59,853 nucleotides of DNA, filler included, from 6 parts of 6 records of this genome joined end to end with filler, not necessarily neighbours in it; one strand, 5' to 3'. Positions 12,101 through 24,150 are shown, counted from the whole stretch's first letter. Numbers and translations: made by a program. Notes: a model not told the origin generated them from the letters alone.

Positions 12101-15100
12101 CACCAGAAGATCCTTCGCCAACGACGGTCAATGCCAGGCTTTGCAATACCTTCGCGCCAGGTGCTGGGTGTGGATTGGACACGTCACCCCCGGCTTGAAA
12201 CACACGACACTCCAACTTGAAACGATGCAGTTTTTCGTGACGCGGGGAGAACCGCAAAGACAGGCGGGCAACTTCGCAGCCACGAAGCAGTCCCGTGCGT
12301 GGCTGAATGTCCAAAACTTCTTCCAAGTACGAAGGAACCACCCATTGGAATCGCAGTGGAACACGCGACGCGTTGCGAACGAAGGCCGCCCGCTCAGAAG
12401 AGATCCCAACGCAAGTTGGCTTGAAGAATACAGTCTGATGGCGGCGAATTTCACCCACAATCGGGCTGTACTCATCGTCGAATCCCGCGGCGCTTTCTGC
12501 AAGGCTCTCATTTGCGTCGTCATCGTCAAGGTCGAGGTCGTCACTGCCATTCGTAAGTTGCAATTGCCGACTGCGTCGTCCACGGTTTTGATTCTGGCGA
12601 CGGCGGCGACGGCGGCGTGGACTTCCGGGCCCACGTGCGATTGCACCTTCAGCAACACCACCTTCCCCGGTAAACGACAGTGCTGGTGCGCACCCAAGGC
12701 CCGCGGCGTGCGTGGTAAAGACGGCACTGCCGTTGAAAACGGCATCGATACTGGTGCGGTATTGACGGCACTCTTTCGGGCGAAAACGGAAAGAGATAAG
12801 CGCAGAGTCACCAGCGGGGATCATGCCGCCCGTGGGCCGGATGTCAAAGATGTTGCTTGGGTCGGGTCGGAACAGAAAGCTCGCGGGGGTACTACCACGA
12901 TTCGTGAACTTCTTGGTCGCGAAAACGACGTCGCCAACCATGCAGTCTGGAAATTCCAGGCGTGGGCAATGGCAATGTATGTCAGCGATGAATTGTTCCG
13001 CTTGCGCACCAAACGTGTGGCCGAGCACACGCAGGGTTTTGCACCATGGCGGCGTAAAACTTTGTTCGTTCACAAGCCGAAAGTTTCGCTGCGCCTTGAA
13101 GTAAAAGTAAGCCTCCAACTCTTGGTGATAGTAGAAGTTGTCCTGCGAGGGGCGGAAACTGACCGTGAAAGCAACGGTTTTGCCCGCCGCGACATCGGCG
13201 GACTCGGGATAAACGACAAAATCCTTTTCGTCATCGTCGTCATCCGAGTTGGGGACCATCCACGTGCATACCACCTTGTCGTGGGTTTTATTTGTCACGT
13301 GCACTGTTTTCCGAATGCCTCCTGGGTCAAGCCGTGAGCCGGCACCGAAGTGAATTTCTTCTTCGTGAATTGTTACATCGTTGGTTGGATTGCACACACG
13401 CCGGAAAAAATCTTGTGCAAGGACCACACTCCGATTCGTGGACTCGCCCGAACGGGCCGCGCCGGGGGCAAATTCGCGTGGTTTCGCCAGCTCCGCAGCA
13501 ACCACAGGAGAGGACTCGATAAGATCCTCAATTTCTTTTGCACTGTAGCGGCTGTACCCCAGCTGCGTGCGGCGCAACATGCGGTCCACGTGGCGTTGGT
13601 AGATCGGCTGTGGACGACCATTTTCACTGAATGCTGTCCCGATAAAGTCGACATACTGTGTGGGCCCATTTTCCAATAGGCAGTAAATGCGACGCACAAA
13701 GTTGCCAGCGTACTCAGGTCGAAACGTGACCTTGATGGCTGTCTCCAAACGGGCTGGTGCAATTCCTGACACATGCGAAAAGTTGAAGAGGCCCTTGTCT
13801 TCTGCCTGGAAATGGAAAGTACAGGGCAGCGCACTATTGTTCTGTACAATCACCACCTTGGTCACCGTCTTGCCAACCTCTACGTCACCGAACTGGACTG
13901 AATTGACTTCCTTCGAAGGGTCGCCGCTTCGCCCAAGACCGGGTCGATTTACACCGCTCTTTTTGTAGATGCGCACATCCGGTGCGACATCATGCGCTTT
14001 TGCGTACAGAACTGGCGCGTTGCCGCCAGGAGTTTGAAATACAAACGAGTCGCACGTGAAGCGCCCCTCGAACCTGCATGAAATTAGAGCAACGGGCGTA
14101 AGAGAAATTCAACGATTGATTGATTGTCCAGCAACGCACTGCCGCTCCTCAGATCGTGGGCCTGAAACGATGGCAAACAGAGAAACAGCCGATACGTACT
14201 TGGATCGATACGATATCAAGACATCCACACTGCTCTTGGGTGGTATGGTTGCACGGTTAGGCTTGAACGTGAATCGAGAGAATGGCGCATGATCCTCTTC
14301 CAATTGGCGAACCGTGAAAGACGCATCGACTTCAGAATGGTTGGTCAGGGTCACTGTCTTCACCAAGGAAGCGGCGGGTGTACCAACAACGACGTCTCCA
14401 AAGTCCACAGTGTCTTGTGAGATTTGGAGAAAGGGGTACTTGCCAGTTCCCGCGAGTGTCATCTCGGTCACGTGTTCGCCACCGTTGAACACGCACGCTG
14501 CCTTCTGCACGCACACAGTTATCTCCTTTGGCGAAAAGCGCACCACAAAATTTTGAACGGCGCCGGCGCGGACGCTTCCGGACGTCGGCACCACTGTGAA
14601 CGGCGGGGCCATGCGAAAAGCAAACGTGGAATCCACCTGCCCCACGTTTCGAATCTTGAGCTTCCGTTCAACAAACTCGTTGGTGGGGCACAAGCCAAAG
14701 TTCACGTTTGACGGCACCTCCACTTCCAGCTTGGCAAGGCGGGCCGTGAGAGGGACCCTGAACATGCCGGTCTCGCACTTGAACTCCACAAAGTCGGTGT
14801 ACTCCTCCGCGACGAGCGGGCGAAACGTGACGTCGAGGTCGAAATGCGTGCCGGGAGAGAGCGTGAACGGTTTCGGGAACCTCATGGAGAAGAACTTAGA
14901 CTTTGGGAGCTTGTACCGCACGTGCAATACGGACGGCGACGTGTTCTTGATGGCCATTTTCACGATGAACTCGCCACCAGGCGCCCACTCACCCCCATAC
15001 CAACGGATGCCCTCGACAGTGTCGATGCCGAAAATTCTGCGCCTTTCTTCGCGAGAGAGGTGGAGTGAATCTTCCAGGCTGCATTCTTTGTTCCCTGGCA

Positions 15101-15125
15101 TCACCACAGCTTTCGTACGGTCCAT
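9170..15125 (-). CDS. CFAP65: Cilia- and flagella-associated protein 65 (CCDC108), 3 exons, about 1905 aa
   Basis: Exons 15125-14200, 14073-9606, 9493-9170; GT-AG introns 14199-14074 and 9605-9494 join in frame (SK|FEGRFTCDSFVFQTPGGN; VM|NDLVRE); serial ASH/MSP Ig-like domains; IFGID, NFRLV..PPWC, NTLYNL..E..GRF motifs. Confidence 0.85.
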
Positions 15126-15505
15126 AGTTGCAGACAACGGACAAAAAATTCAAGCAGAGTGAGGGCGGAGCCGGGAGGAAGGGCACAGTTGGTGCCTCAG
15201 CTCAGCTCAGCTAAGCGCAGATCCACTAAGCGAAGCAGATCGAATCGAATCGAATTCGAATTCCAATAATTCGAATTCGTTTAAACCAACCAGCTGGTGG
15301 TCTGCAGCCGTGGAGAAAGAAAAAAAAGGCGACACCAACTGAGTCCCAACGCCCCCGTCACACAGTGGAACAATGAAAAATGAAACTCAGCAGCACGGAA
15401 GAGGACGGCTGGGCGTGCCAGCGACTCTCAGCCGAGACAAACCAACACAAAAGGAGAAGCAAAAATGCCGCGACAGGAGACACACAGACGAGGCCGCCAG
15501 CACAA

Positions 15506-15528
15506 GAGAGAGAGAGAGAGAGAGAGAG
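15506..15528. repeat. (AG)n microsatellite at contig end
   Basis: Read directly. Confidence 0.9.
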
Positions 15529-15628
15529 NNNNNNNNNNNNNNNNNNNNNNNNNNNNNNNNNNNNNNNNNNNNTTAATTAATTAANNNNNNNNNNNNNNNN
15601 NNNNNNNNNNNNNNNNNNNNNNNNNNNN
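15529..15628. other. Artificial contig spacer
   Basis: N-run with TTAATTAATTAA. Confidence 0.99.
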
Positions 15629-15636
15629 CGTTAATG

Positions 15637-16119
15637 TCATTCTTGATCCTCCATATCCATCAACCAGCTAGGGTTGAAGATACGAACCAAAGAAATCATT
15701 GCGATTAATAAGCCGGAAAAAACGCCGGCCAGAGCAAAGAGAGCCATTGAGAGACCTGTTAACGGGGAAATGTTATTCCAGTTGGCAATGGTTTGATTCA
15801 TCGCCCCTACAAATAACATGCCGGAAGAGACAAGAATAACCACCCAGATGAGGCGATTCAGAATGGGGACGGCGCTAGGGAAGAAGCGCTCTGAGAATTC
15901 AGCGATAGCAAGGTGTTCGCCACGACGTAACACCACAGCGGCACCCAGAAAAACAATCCAGACTAGGCACAGTCTAGACAACTCCACCGAGGCGCGAATG
16001 CCGGATGAAAAGCCATAACGCATCACCACATTGGTAAATACCAGCACAATCATAGACGCGAGCACTATGGTGATAAACACATCTATAAATTGCCACATCC
16101 ACTTTATTATTTTTTTCAT
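15637..16119 (-). CDS. TRAP transporter small permease (DctQ)
   Basis: Four TM helices; NVVMRY, ELSR, GAAVVLRRGEHL. Confidence 0.9.
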   Translation of the reverse strand: MKKIIKWMWQFIDVFITIVLASMIVLVFTNVVMRYGFSSGIRASVELSRLCLVWIVFLGAAVVLRRGEHLAIAEFSERFFPSAVPILNRLIWVVILVSSGMLFVGAMNQTIANWNNISPLTGLSMALFALAGVFSGLLIAMISLVRIFNPSWLMDMEDQE

Positions 16120-16339
16120 GATGACAGCCTTTGAAAACTTTTAGACACTGATTTTATTTTAATTGTTATTTTATAAAGTTAACCATCATTTCCATTGATG
16201 TGAAATACCTTCTTTGGTCATTAGGCCTACCGCATATTAATAGCCTATCCCTATAGTTTGCCAGTCATAAATAAATGCTTATCCCTTGGTGATTTAAATT
16301 TTATTTTTTGGATTGATATGTTATATATTAAAAAAAATA

Positions 16340-16353
16340 ATTGGTCAACCAAT
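16340..16353. promoter_or_regulatory. UxuR/ExuR-type (FadR subfamily) operator
   Basis: Palindrome ATTGGT-CA-ACCAAT directly before the RBS of the 16364 gene. Confidence 0.7.
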
Positions 16354-16363
16354 GGGAGAAGCT

Positions 16364-17860
16364 ATGTACCAAGAACCGTCTTTTCAGGCTTTTTGTGACG
16401 CAGATGATGTCATCAAAACAGACTATTCAAGAGCCACACTTCAGACCAAAATAGTCCATTTAGGCTTTGGTGCTTTCCACCGAGCTCACCAAGCTGTGTT
16501 TACGGATTTGGCTAATCAAGAGGCGGACCCAAGTTGGGGCATTTTTGGTATTAATTTATTTCGCAAAGGGCCTTTGACTGAGCAGTTTTGTGCGCAAGAC
16601 AATCAGGCTGTGTTATTGGAAAAAGCCGGGCAGGAAACAACGAAAAGACTGGTTCGAAGCTTTACTGGTGCGATGAATGTGGAAGACCAAGGGATTCAAG
16701 CGGCGCTGGCTAAACTGTGCGAACCCGCAGTGGCTATTGTCTCGCTAACGGTGACCGAAAAGGGCTACTGTTTAACTCCAGAAGGCCGTATTAACAGGGA
16801 TAACGAGCTTATCGCAGCGGATCTAAAGAACCCGCAGGCGCCACGTTCTGCGATTGGTCTTATTGGCGAAGCCTTAAGACTTCGTAAGACATTGAAATTG
16901 CCCGCTTTTACGGTGATGTCGTGTGACAATATTCCAGAGAATGGCGGTAAAACAAAAGCGGCCGTGCTGGAATACGCAATGCTTTTGGAGCCTGAATTAG
17001 CGTCATGGATTGAGCAAGAGGTGACCTTTCCAAGCACCATGGTAGATCGTATTGTGCCCGCCATGAGCGACGCGAGTTTCGACGAGATAGAGCGGGAAAC
17101 AGGGGTAAGAGACCCTTTTGGTTTAATCAGTGAAAGCTTCAAACAATGGGTGGTTGAAGACCAGTTTTGTAGTGGTAGACCAAATTGGCATCTAGCCGGT
17201 GTAATGATGGTCAATGATGTGCTCCCTTACGAAGAAATGAAATTAAGAATGCTCAATGGCTCCCATTCATTTTTAGCGTATGTTGGTGGTCTATGTGGGC
17301 ACGATTATATTTATCAGTGTATGCAGGATGCATTATTAAAAGACATCACCTTGGCGCTAATGATTAATGAACAAGCGCCTTCTCTTTCTAGTCAATTAGA
17401 TGTGGATTTAAAACAATACGCAGAATTATTAATAGCGCGTTTTAGTAATCAAAGTATAAAACATCAAACCGCTCAAATCGCGATGGACGGCTCACAAAAA
17501 CTGCCCCCTAGAGTCATCGATTCCATTCTTACCTTGGTGTCCAAACCATGTTACGAAAGCGCTCAAGCGCCACGCATTCTATTGCTGCTGCTGGCTGGAT
17601 GGATGCACTTTATTCAAGGAAAGCATCGTTCTGATTTTCAACTTATTGACCCCGAAGCGCAGACATTAAACGCTTTGTTGGCGGTGGATGACGACAAAAA
17701 ATGCGCGTCATTACTGCAGTTTAAAGCGGTGTTTAGCGATGCTTTTATTGCGCATCAGGATCTGGTACAGCAAATCACTCACTTTTATTACGCCATCGAT
17801 GAACAGGGCATTAGAGCCGTTTTAGATGGATTCGTACCCTTACTAAGGAGTCCAAAATGA
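16364..17860 (+). CDS. Mannitol dehydrogenase family oxidoreductase (fructuronate reductase-like)
   Basis: [56 protein letters not shown]. Confidence 0.9.
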   Translation: MYQEPSFQAFCDADDVIKTDYSRATLQTKIVHLGFGAFHRAHQAVFTDLANQEADPSWGIFGINLFRKGPLTEQFCAQDNQAVLLEKAGQETTKRLVRSFTGAMNVEDQGIQAALAKLCEPAVAIVSLTVTEKGYCLTPEGRINRDNELIAADLKNPQAPRSAIGLIGEALRLRKTLKLPAFTVMSCDNIPENGGKTKAAVLEYAMLLEPELASWIEQEVTFPSTMVDRIVPAMSDASFDEIERETGVRDPFGLISESFKQWVVEDQFCSGRPNWHLAGVMMVNDVLPYEEMKLRMLNGSHSFLAYVGGLCGHDYIYQCMQDALLKDITLALMINEQAPSLSSQLDVDLKQYAELLIARFSNQSIKHQTAQIAMDGSQKLPPRVIDSILTLVSKPCYESAQAPRILLLLLAGWMHFIQGKHRSDFQLIDPEAQTLNALLAVDDDKKCASLLQFKAVFSDAFIAHQDLVQQITHFYYAIDEQGIRAVLDGFVPLLRSPK

Positions 17861-18876
17861 AGTCTTTAATCTGTAAGCAGCCATTTGATATTCAATACAT
17901 TGAAAGCCCTAAGCCGAGCATCAAAAAAGACGAGGTGTTACTAAAGATAAAAGCGGTGGGTATCTGTGGTACGGACATTCATGCTTATACCGGCAATCAG
18001 CCTTTTTTCTCTTATCCACGTATTTTAGGGCATGAAATTTGTGGCCTAGTGGAAGAAGTGGGGGCGGATTGTCCGGCCGAGTTACGCCAGCAATTTGTGG
18101 TGGTCATTCCTGCTATTGCCTGTGGTGAGTGCGCGCCTTGTAAGGAAGGTAAGACCAACTGTTGCGATACGATTTCTTTATATGGCGTGCATCAAGACGG
18201 GGGTTTTCAAGACTATTTAGCGGTCAAGGCGAGCAATGTGATTCCTGTGCCTAGCTCGATTGATCCAGCGGCGGCGTCCTTGGTGGAGTGCTTTGCGATT
18301 GGCGCGCACGCTAATCGACGCGCTGAGTCCAAGGAAAATGAAAATATCTTGGTGGTGGGCGCAGGGCCTATTGGCTTGGGCACGGCGTCGGTGGCATTGG
18401 CAAATCGTGCCAATGTGGTGTTGGCCGACGTCAGTGAAGAGCGCAGAGCCCATGCGGAAAAAGTATTGGGGATTCAAACGCTCAACCCGCTTGATGGGAA
18501 CTATCTGGAGAATTTGTCACACGCCTTCAATGGCAATCTGGCTTGTACCGTGATGGATGCAACAGGCAATAAAGCGTCGATGACAAACAGTGTGAACTTG
18601 ATTCGACATGGCGGCAAAATCGTTTTTATCGGTCTTTATATTGGGGATTTACAACTCGATGACCCGACCTTCCATAAAAAAGAAACAACCCTAATTGCCA
18701 GTAGAAACGCGACCTTCGAAGATTTTGTTCGAGTGATTGACCTATTTGAAGAAAAAGTCATCAGTGAAAAGATCATGGTCAACCAAGAGTTTGATTTCGA
18801 TACCATTGGCTTGGATTACGAGAATAACGTGGTCAAAAACAAAGAACTTGTGAAGGGCGTTATTCGTTTTAACTAA
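17857..18876 (+). CDS. Zn-dependent sugar-acid dehydrogenase (LgoD/YjjN-like)
   Basis: GICGTD, GHE, structural Cys4, GAGPIG, FHKKETTLIASRNA. Confidence 0.85.
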   Translation: MKSLICKQPFDIQYIESPKPSIKKDEVLLKIKAVGICGTDIHAYTGNQPFFSYPRILGHEICGLVEEVGADCPAELRQQFVVVIPAIACGECAPCKEGKTNCCDTISLYGVHQDGGFQDYLAVKASNVIPVPSSIDPAAASLVECFAIGAHANRRAESKENENILVVGAGPIGLGTASVALANRANVVLADVSEERRAHAEKVLGIQTLNPLDGNYLENLSHAFNGNLACTVMDATGNKASMTNSVNLIRHGGKIVFIGLYIGDLQLDDPTFHKKETTLIASRNATFEDFVRVIDLFEEKVISEKIMVNQEFDFDTIGLDYENNVVKNKELVKGVIRFN

Positions 18877-18892
18877 TCGTAGGAAACCTGTT

Positions 18893-19903
18893 ATGACAAC
18901 AATAAGAATAAACATTAAAGACCTATATGCATTAGCGTTTAACAAGCTGCGTGACGCGGGCTACCCTGAAAAAGTCGCAGAAGAAGTGGCCGATGTGTTG
19001 GTTCATGCAGATTCAAGAGGGGTTCACTCCCATGGTGTGATTCGTGTCGAGCATTATTGTCACCGCTTGGCAGAAGGCGGCATGAACGCGGAGGCGGCGC
19101 TGTCGATTGAACACATCGCCCCGTCTGTAGCGATACTGGATGGCGACGATGGAATGGGGCATTGCGCCATGATAGCGGCCACCAAAGAAGCCATGCGGTT
19201 AGCAAAAGAAAATGCGCTGGGTTTCGTGAGTGTGAAAAATACCTCCCATTGTGGCGCCTTGTCGTATTTTGCTCAAATGGCGGCTGAGCAAGGCCTGATC
19301 TCCATTGCCATGACACAAACCGATACTTGCGTGGCGCCTTTTGGTGGTGCCGAGCGCTTTTGGGGAACCAACCCCATTGCCTTTGGGTTTCCGGTAGAAA
19401 ATGGTGATCCGGTGATCATCGACATGGCAACCAGTGCTACGGCGTTTGGTAAGCTTTTGCACGCTAAAGAAACAGGCAGTGACATCGCCTTGGGATTGGC
19501 CATCGATAAAGACGGTATAGAAACCACAGACCCTCATGCCGCCACGACATTATTGCCCTTTGGTCAGCATAAAGGCTCTGGTCTGGCACTGGCCATTGAT
19601 GCCCTGACGGGCATGTTAGTGGGTGGTAACTTTAGTAATCATATCGTGCGCATGTACGATGATTACGACAAGATGCGCAAGCTGGCGAGCTTAATGATTG
19701 TCATCGACCCAAGTAAGTTTGGTGGTCACAGTTTTGCTGGCATGATGGCGCAAATGGTGATGGAACTGCACCAAGTAAAACCGGCACCAGGGTTTGATAA
19801 AGTGATGGCGCCGAATGAACCTCAGATTGCTTATTTGGCCGATTGTGAGAAAAACGGTGTGCCGATTACCGAGTCTATTTATCAATACTTAAGCCGTACT
19901 TAA
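18893..19903 (+). CDS. Ldh_2-family oxidoreductase (AllD/YjmC-like)
   Basis: ADSRGVHSHG, SHCGALSYF, GTNPIAF, DMATS, HKGSGL. Confidence 0.88.
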   Translation: MTTIRINIKDLYALAFNKLRDAGYPEKVAEEVADVLVHADSRGVHSHGVIRVEHYCHRLAEGGMNAEAALSIEHIAPSVAILDGDDGMGHCAMIAATKEAMRLAKENALGFVSVKNTSHCGALSYFAQMAAEQGLISIAMTQTDTCVAPFGGAERFWGTNPIAFGFPVENGDPVIIDMATSATAFGKLLHAKETGSDIALGLAIDKDGIETTDPHAATTLLPFGQHKGSGLALAIDALTGMLVGGNFSNHIVRMYDDYDKMRKLASLMIVIDPSKFGGHSFAGMMAQMVMELHQVKPAPGFDKVMAPNEPQIAYLADCEKNGVPITESIYQYLSRT

Positions 19904-19917
19904 GCAAGGAGCGTCTT

Positions 19918-21360
19918 ATGAAAGAATATTCTATGTTCGTGAATGGTGAGTGGATCAAGGCAAAATCTGGGCGCACTGATGAGGTTATTAACCCCTCGAC
20001 AGAAGACGTGATCGCACGCATTCAGCATGGTGACCGTGAAGACGCCGATGCGGTGATGGCGGCCGCGAAAACCGCGCAACTGGCTTGGCGTCAGCGACCT
20101 GCACGAGAGCGTGCTGAGATTATGCGGGGTTTTGCCGCAGAGATTCGCAATCGTAAACAATCGCTCGCTGAATTGCTGGTGCAAGAACAAGGTAAGTTAC
20201 TTAAGGTCGCGTTGGGCGAAGTGGAGGCTGCCTGTGGCTTTATTGAGTACGCCTGTGATTGGGCGCGCCAAATGGACGGCGACATAGTCAAATCAGACAA
20301 CCCTAATGAGCACATCTGGATTCATAAAGTACCGCGCGGGGTGATTGTCGCCATTACCGCGTGGAACTTTCCACTGGCATTAGCGGCACGGAAAATCGGC
20401 CCTGCTCTTATTGCTGGCAATACCATAGTGGTGAAGCCGACCACGGAAACGCCATTGGCTACCTTGGAGCTTGGGTATATCGCGCAAAGTGTTGGTTTGC
20501 CAAAAGGGGTATTGAACATAGTCACAGGCGGTGGGCGTACATTGGGAGACGCTTTGGTGCGTCACCCTGATACCAAAATGGTGTCTATGACAGGCAGTAC
20601 GCCAGCAGGGCAAGCCATTGTTAAAGCGTCGGCGGATAATTTAGCGCATGTGCAATTAGAACTGGGTGGCAAAGCGCCTTTTATCGTGATGGCGGATGCG
20701 GATCTTGAGCAAGCGGCGGCTGCGGCCTTGCATTCACGTTTTGATAACTGTGGACAAGTTTGTACCTGTAATGAGCGTATGTATGTCCACGACGCCATTT
20801 ACGATGAGTTTATGGCGTTGTTCATTGCTAAGGTGAAACGTCTCAAGGTGGGAGACCCAATGTTGGCGGACACAGATCTTGGTCCTAAAGTGAACCAAAG
20901 AGAAGTGGAAGCCATGGAGCGTTTGGTGGCCCAGAGCGTCAAAGAAGGCGCGCAAATAGCCACAGGCGGTGCGCGCTTGAAAGAAGGGCCTTATGAAAAA
21001 GGCTTTTGGTTTGAACCCACGGTACTAACCCATGTAAGCCAAGACATGACGATTGTTCATGAAGAGTCGTTTGGGCCGATTCTTCCTGTGATCAAATTTA
21101 GCTGCCTAGATCAAGTGATCGCGTATGCGAATGACAGTGAGTATGGCTTGGCGGCCATGGTTTGCACAAAAGAGATGAAAACCATTTTACGTTTGGTGGA
21201 TGAGCTGGAAGCGGGCGAGGTTTACATTAACCGCGGTCATGGGGAGCAGCATCAAGGCTTTCATAATGGCTATAAACTCAGTGGCACTGGCGGAGAAGAT
21301 GGTAAGTACGGCTTTGAGCAGTATCTAGAAAAGAAAACCTTCTACGTGAACTTTGATTAA
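19918..21360 (+). CDS. aldA: NAD-dependent aldehyde dehydrogenase (lactaldehyde/glycolaldehyde type)
   Basis: AWNFP, TGSTPAG, LELGGKAP, NCGQVCTC, EESFGP, GGEDGKYG. Confidence 0.88.
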   Translation: MKEYSMFVNGEWIKAKSGRTDEVINPSTEDVIARIQHGDREDADAVMAAAKTAQLAWRQRPARERAEIMRGFAAEIRNRKQSLAELLVQEQGKLLKVALGEVEAACGFIEYACDWARQMDGDIVKSDNPNEHIWIHKVPRGVIVAITAWNFPLALAARKIGPALIAGNTIVVKPTTETPLATLELGYIAQSVGLPKGVLNIVTGGGRTLGDALVRHPDTKMVSMTGSTPAGQAIVKASADNLAHVQLELGGKAPFIVMADADLEQAAAAALHSRFDNCGQVCTCNERMYVHDAIYDEFMALFIAKVKRLKVGDPMLADTDLGPKVNQREVEAMERLVAQSVKEGAQIATGGARLKEGPYEKGFWFEPTVLTHVSQDMTIVHEESFGPILPVIKFSCLDQVIAYANDSEYGLAAMVCTKEMKTILRLVDELEAGEVYINRGHGEQHQGFHNGYKLSGTGGEDGKYGFEQYLEKKTFYVNFD

Positions 21361-21381
21361 GCGGATGATGGGTTAAAAAAT

Positions 21382-21427
21382 GACCCTAAATGATGATGTT
21401 AATACACCATGATTTAGGGTCTTTTTG
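21382..21427 (+). terminator. Intrinsic terminator after aldA
   Basis: GACCCTAAAT...ATTTAGGGTC stem followed by a T-run. Confidence 0.65.
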
Positions 21428-21445
21428 TGCGCTTAGCGGTGCTTG

Positions 21446-21492
21446 TTATTCTAAAAGCCTTATTCTAAAGGCATTATTCTAAAGGCATTATT
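21446..21492. repeat. Three tandem 14-mers TTATTCTAAA(A/G)GC(C/A)
   Basis: Units at 21446, 21460 and 21474, abutting the uxuA stop. Confidence 0.85.
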
Positions 21493-22669
21493 TTAGTACA
21501 TATTTTTTCAGGGCAAATTCCACACCACGAATTTCGGCTAAGCCCTTCATTCGGCCAAGGGCAGAATAGCCAGGTTTCGAGTCTCGGCGCAAATCGTCCA
21601 TGATTTGATGGCCGTGATCTGGGCGCAGTGGAATAGCGCTGCCTTCCCCTGTTTCTTGGCGACGTTTTTCTTCTTTCAATAACACTAAAATCACGTCTGA
21701 AATGTCGGCATTGCCTTCCAAATGGGCGGCTTCGTGGAAGCTTCCCCGAGTTTCTTCCCGTTGTGTAGAGCGCAAATGAGTGAAGTAAATGCGGTCAGCA
21801 AAGCGGGTAGCCATGGCGCATAAATCATTGTCTTCACGAACACCATAAGAGCCAGTGCAAAAAGTGATGCCATTGGTTTTTGACGGCACTCGATTGATCA
21901 ACCACTGGATGTCTTCTTTGGTCGAAACGATCCGTGGCAAACCTAAAATAGGGCGTGGTGGATCATCTGGATGCACCGCAAGAGACACTCCACAGGCTTC
22001 GGCAACGGGCACAATATGATCTAAGAAGTGAGCGAAGTTTTCTCTCAGGGTGTCTTTGTCTATGTGGTCGTAGGCGGCCAGAGCCGTACGAAAGTTCTCT
22101 AATGTGTAGCTTTCTTCTGCGCCGGGCAGGCCTGCCAAAATGGTGCCGATTAATTGCTCTCTGCCAGTGTCATCTAAGGCCGCTAAATGGCTTTTCGCAG
22201 CGTTAATTTCAGCTTCGCTGTACTCGGCTTCGGCGCCTTCTCTTTGTAAAATAAACAAATCAAACGCCGCAAATGCCGTTTGATCAAAGCGCAGCGCACG
22301 GGAGCCATCGGCCAAGGTGTAGCTCAAATCCGTACGGGTCCAATCCAATACTGGCATAAAGTTATAGCAGACGGTGGAAATGCCACATTGAGCTAGGTTA
22401 CGGATGCTTTGTGCGTAGTTTTCAACGTATTTTTGGTAGTTGCCGGTACGCTGTTTGATGTCTTCATGAACAGGAATGCTTTCTACTACGGACCAGCGCA
22501 TGCCTGCCGCTTCAATGGTGGCTTTAACTTCTTGAATTCGCTCAATAGGCCAAACCTCACCATTGGGCAAATCATGCAAGGCGGTGACTATGCCGGTTGC
22601 GCCAGCTTGTCGAATGTCTTGCAAACTAATCGGATCTTGGGTTCCGAACCAACGCCAAGTATGTTCCAT
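21488..22669 (-). CDS. uxuA: Mannonate dehydratase
   Basis: [43 protein letters not shown]. Confidence 0.97.
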   Translation of the reverse strand: MEHTWRWFGTQDPISLQDIRQAGATGIVTALHDLPNGEVWPIERIQEVKATIEAAGMRWSVVESIPVHEDIKQRTGNYQKYVENYAQSIRNLAQCGISTVCYNFMPVLDWTRTDLSYTLADGSRALRFDQTAFAAFDLFILQREGAEAEYSEAEINAAKSHLAALDDTGREQLIGTILAGLPGAEESYTLENFRTALAAYDHIDKDTLRENFAHFLDHIVPVAEACGVSLAVHPDDPPRPILGLPRIVSTKEDIQWLINRVPSKTNGITFCTGSYGVREDNDLCAMATRFADRIYFTHLRSTQREETRGSFHEAAHLEGNADISDVILVLLKEEKRRQETGEGSAIPLRPDHGHQIMDDLRRDSKPGYSALGRMKGLAEIRGVEFALKKYVLK

Positions 22670-22680
22670 AAAATACGCTC

Positions 22681-24150
22681 CTAATGGTTATTGTTTGTTG
22701 ATCGACATGCGCTTTGCATCAAGTCCAAGAGGCTTTCTTTGCGCTGCAAAGCGTCGAATAATGAGGCCAAACGCGTTATCAGCGAGCGGTTGGTCATCAT
22801 GATGGGTGGGAAAACGTCTTGTTGTGCTAAACACGCCGAGACCAATTCAAACGAGTTGGAATATTGCGCCAATACAAGCGCGAACAACTCGGCTTCTAGG
22901 GGATCATTGATCGATGTTTTTTGTTGAGCGGCTTGTTGAATGTAAAATAGCCAGCCTGCAATCCCCAGCTCCGTCGCCGCAGACGAGGCCTGTTTTTGCT
23001 GCTGTTCTATTAACCCACTAAGCCAGCGTTGAGGCAGCTTTTGGCTCCCATCCATGGCGATCTGAGAGAGTTGATGCTGCAAACTGTCGTTCTCAAAGCG
23101 AGTTAGCAATTGCTGACTGTATGCCATTAACTCTTGTGGTTTGCATGTGGGTAACGTGGGGGCCACTTCCTGTTGCATATAATGCTCAAGAAACGCTCGG
23201 ACCGTGGTGTTTTCCATGGCGTGAGCAACGGTCTGATAGCCCGCCAGTTGCCCTAAATAGGCCAATAAAGAATGGCTGCCATTGAGCATTCTGAGCTTCA
23301 TGGTTTCGTAAATGGAGACGTCCTGAACCATTTGCACCCCCGCGCTTTCCCATTGAGGGCGCCCGAGGGGAAAGTTGTCTTCGACCACCCATTGGCAAAA
23401 GGCTTCACATTTCACCACAGTGGGGGTGGTAATGCCGGTGTCAGCTTCTATTTTCTGTAGATCGTCTGCAGAAAGCGCAGGAACAATGCGATCGACCATC
23501 GAGCTTGGAAAAGCAACTTCTGCTTCTATCCAGGTGGCCAATGACGAGTCTTGTGCGCTGGCCATGCCGAGTACGGCGTTTTTGGTTCTGATGCCGTTGT
23601 GGGGCATGTTGTCGCAAGACAAAACGGCGAAGGCTGGTAGGCCTTGCGCACGTCGCTGTTTGAGCGCATTAACGATCAGCCCTAGCGCTGTTTTTGGGTC
23701 GTCTGGGTGTTGGATATCATGCAGGACCGCTGGGTTTTCCAGTAGCAAATCTCCGCTTGAAGGTGACAAATAATAGCCTTTCTCTGTCACGGTTAAGGTG
23801 ACTATCTTGGTGGAGGCGGCGCTCATTTGTGCTAATAATCGCTGGCGCTCTTGCTGATCTTTGGCAAAAAAAGCCTGCTTAATGGCTTTTATTTCACGCA
23901 CCACTAGATGCTGACTGTCGGTGTACTCGACCACTGGGTAGCTGTAATTAGCCGCTTTGAGTTGCTCAACCAACTGATAGTTAGAACGAATATTCGCACT
24001 GGCTATCATCCAATCGCCACCATGTTGAGCGAGTGTCTTTTCTAGGTACACCGCTTGATGAGCGCGGTGAAAAGCCCCCAGACCGATGTGCACCAGACCC
24101 ACTTGATGCTGGCTTGGGTCGATTGCACTGGGAATCTGTTGAATGTCCAT
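22681..24150 (-). CDS. uxuB: Fructuronate reductase / D-mannonate oxidoreductase
   Basis: Mannitol dehydrogenase family motifs; directly upstream of uxuA. Confidence 0.85.
   Translation of the reverse strand: MDIQQIPSAIDPSQHQVGLVHIGLGAFHRAHQAVYLEKTLAQHGGDWMIASANIRSNYQLVEQLKAANYSYPVVEYTDSQHLVVREIKAIKQAFFAKDQQERQRLLAQMSAASTKIVTLTVTEKGYYLSPSSGDLLLENPAVLHDIQHPDDPKTALGLIVNALKQRRAQGLPAFAVLSCDNMPHNGIRTKNAVLGMASAQDSSLATWIEAEVAFPSSMVDRIVPALSADDLQKIEADTGITTPTVVKCEAFCQWVVEDNFPLGRPQWESAGVQMVQDVSIYETMKLRMLNGSHSLLAYLGQLAGYQTVAHAMENTTVRAFLEHYMQQEVAPTLPTCKPQELMAYSQQLLTRFENDSLQHQLSQIAMDGSQKLPQRWLSGLIEQQQKQASSAATELGIAGWLFYIQQAAQQKTSINDPLEAELFALVLAQYSNSFELVSACLAQQDVFPPIMMTNRSLITRLASLFDALQRKESLLDLMQSACRSTNNNH

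Noticed and set aside
15196-15280. CAGCT and GAATC/GAATTC repeats upstream of CFAP65 as heat-shock elements
   Set aside because: Spacing does not fit nGAAnnTTCn; indistinguishable from simple repeats
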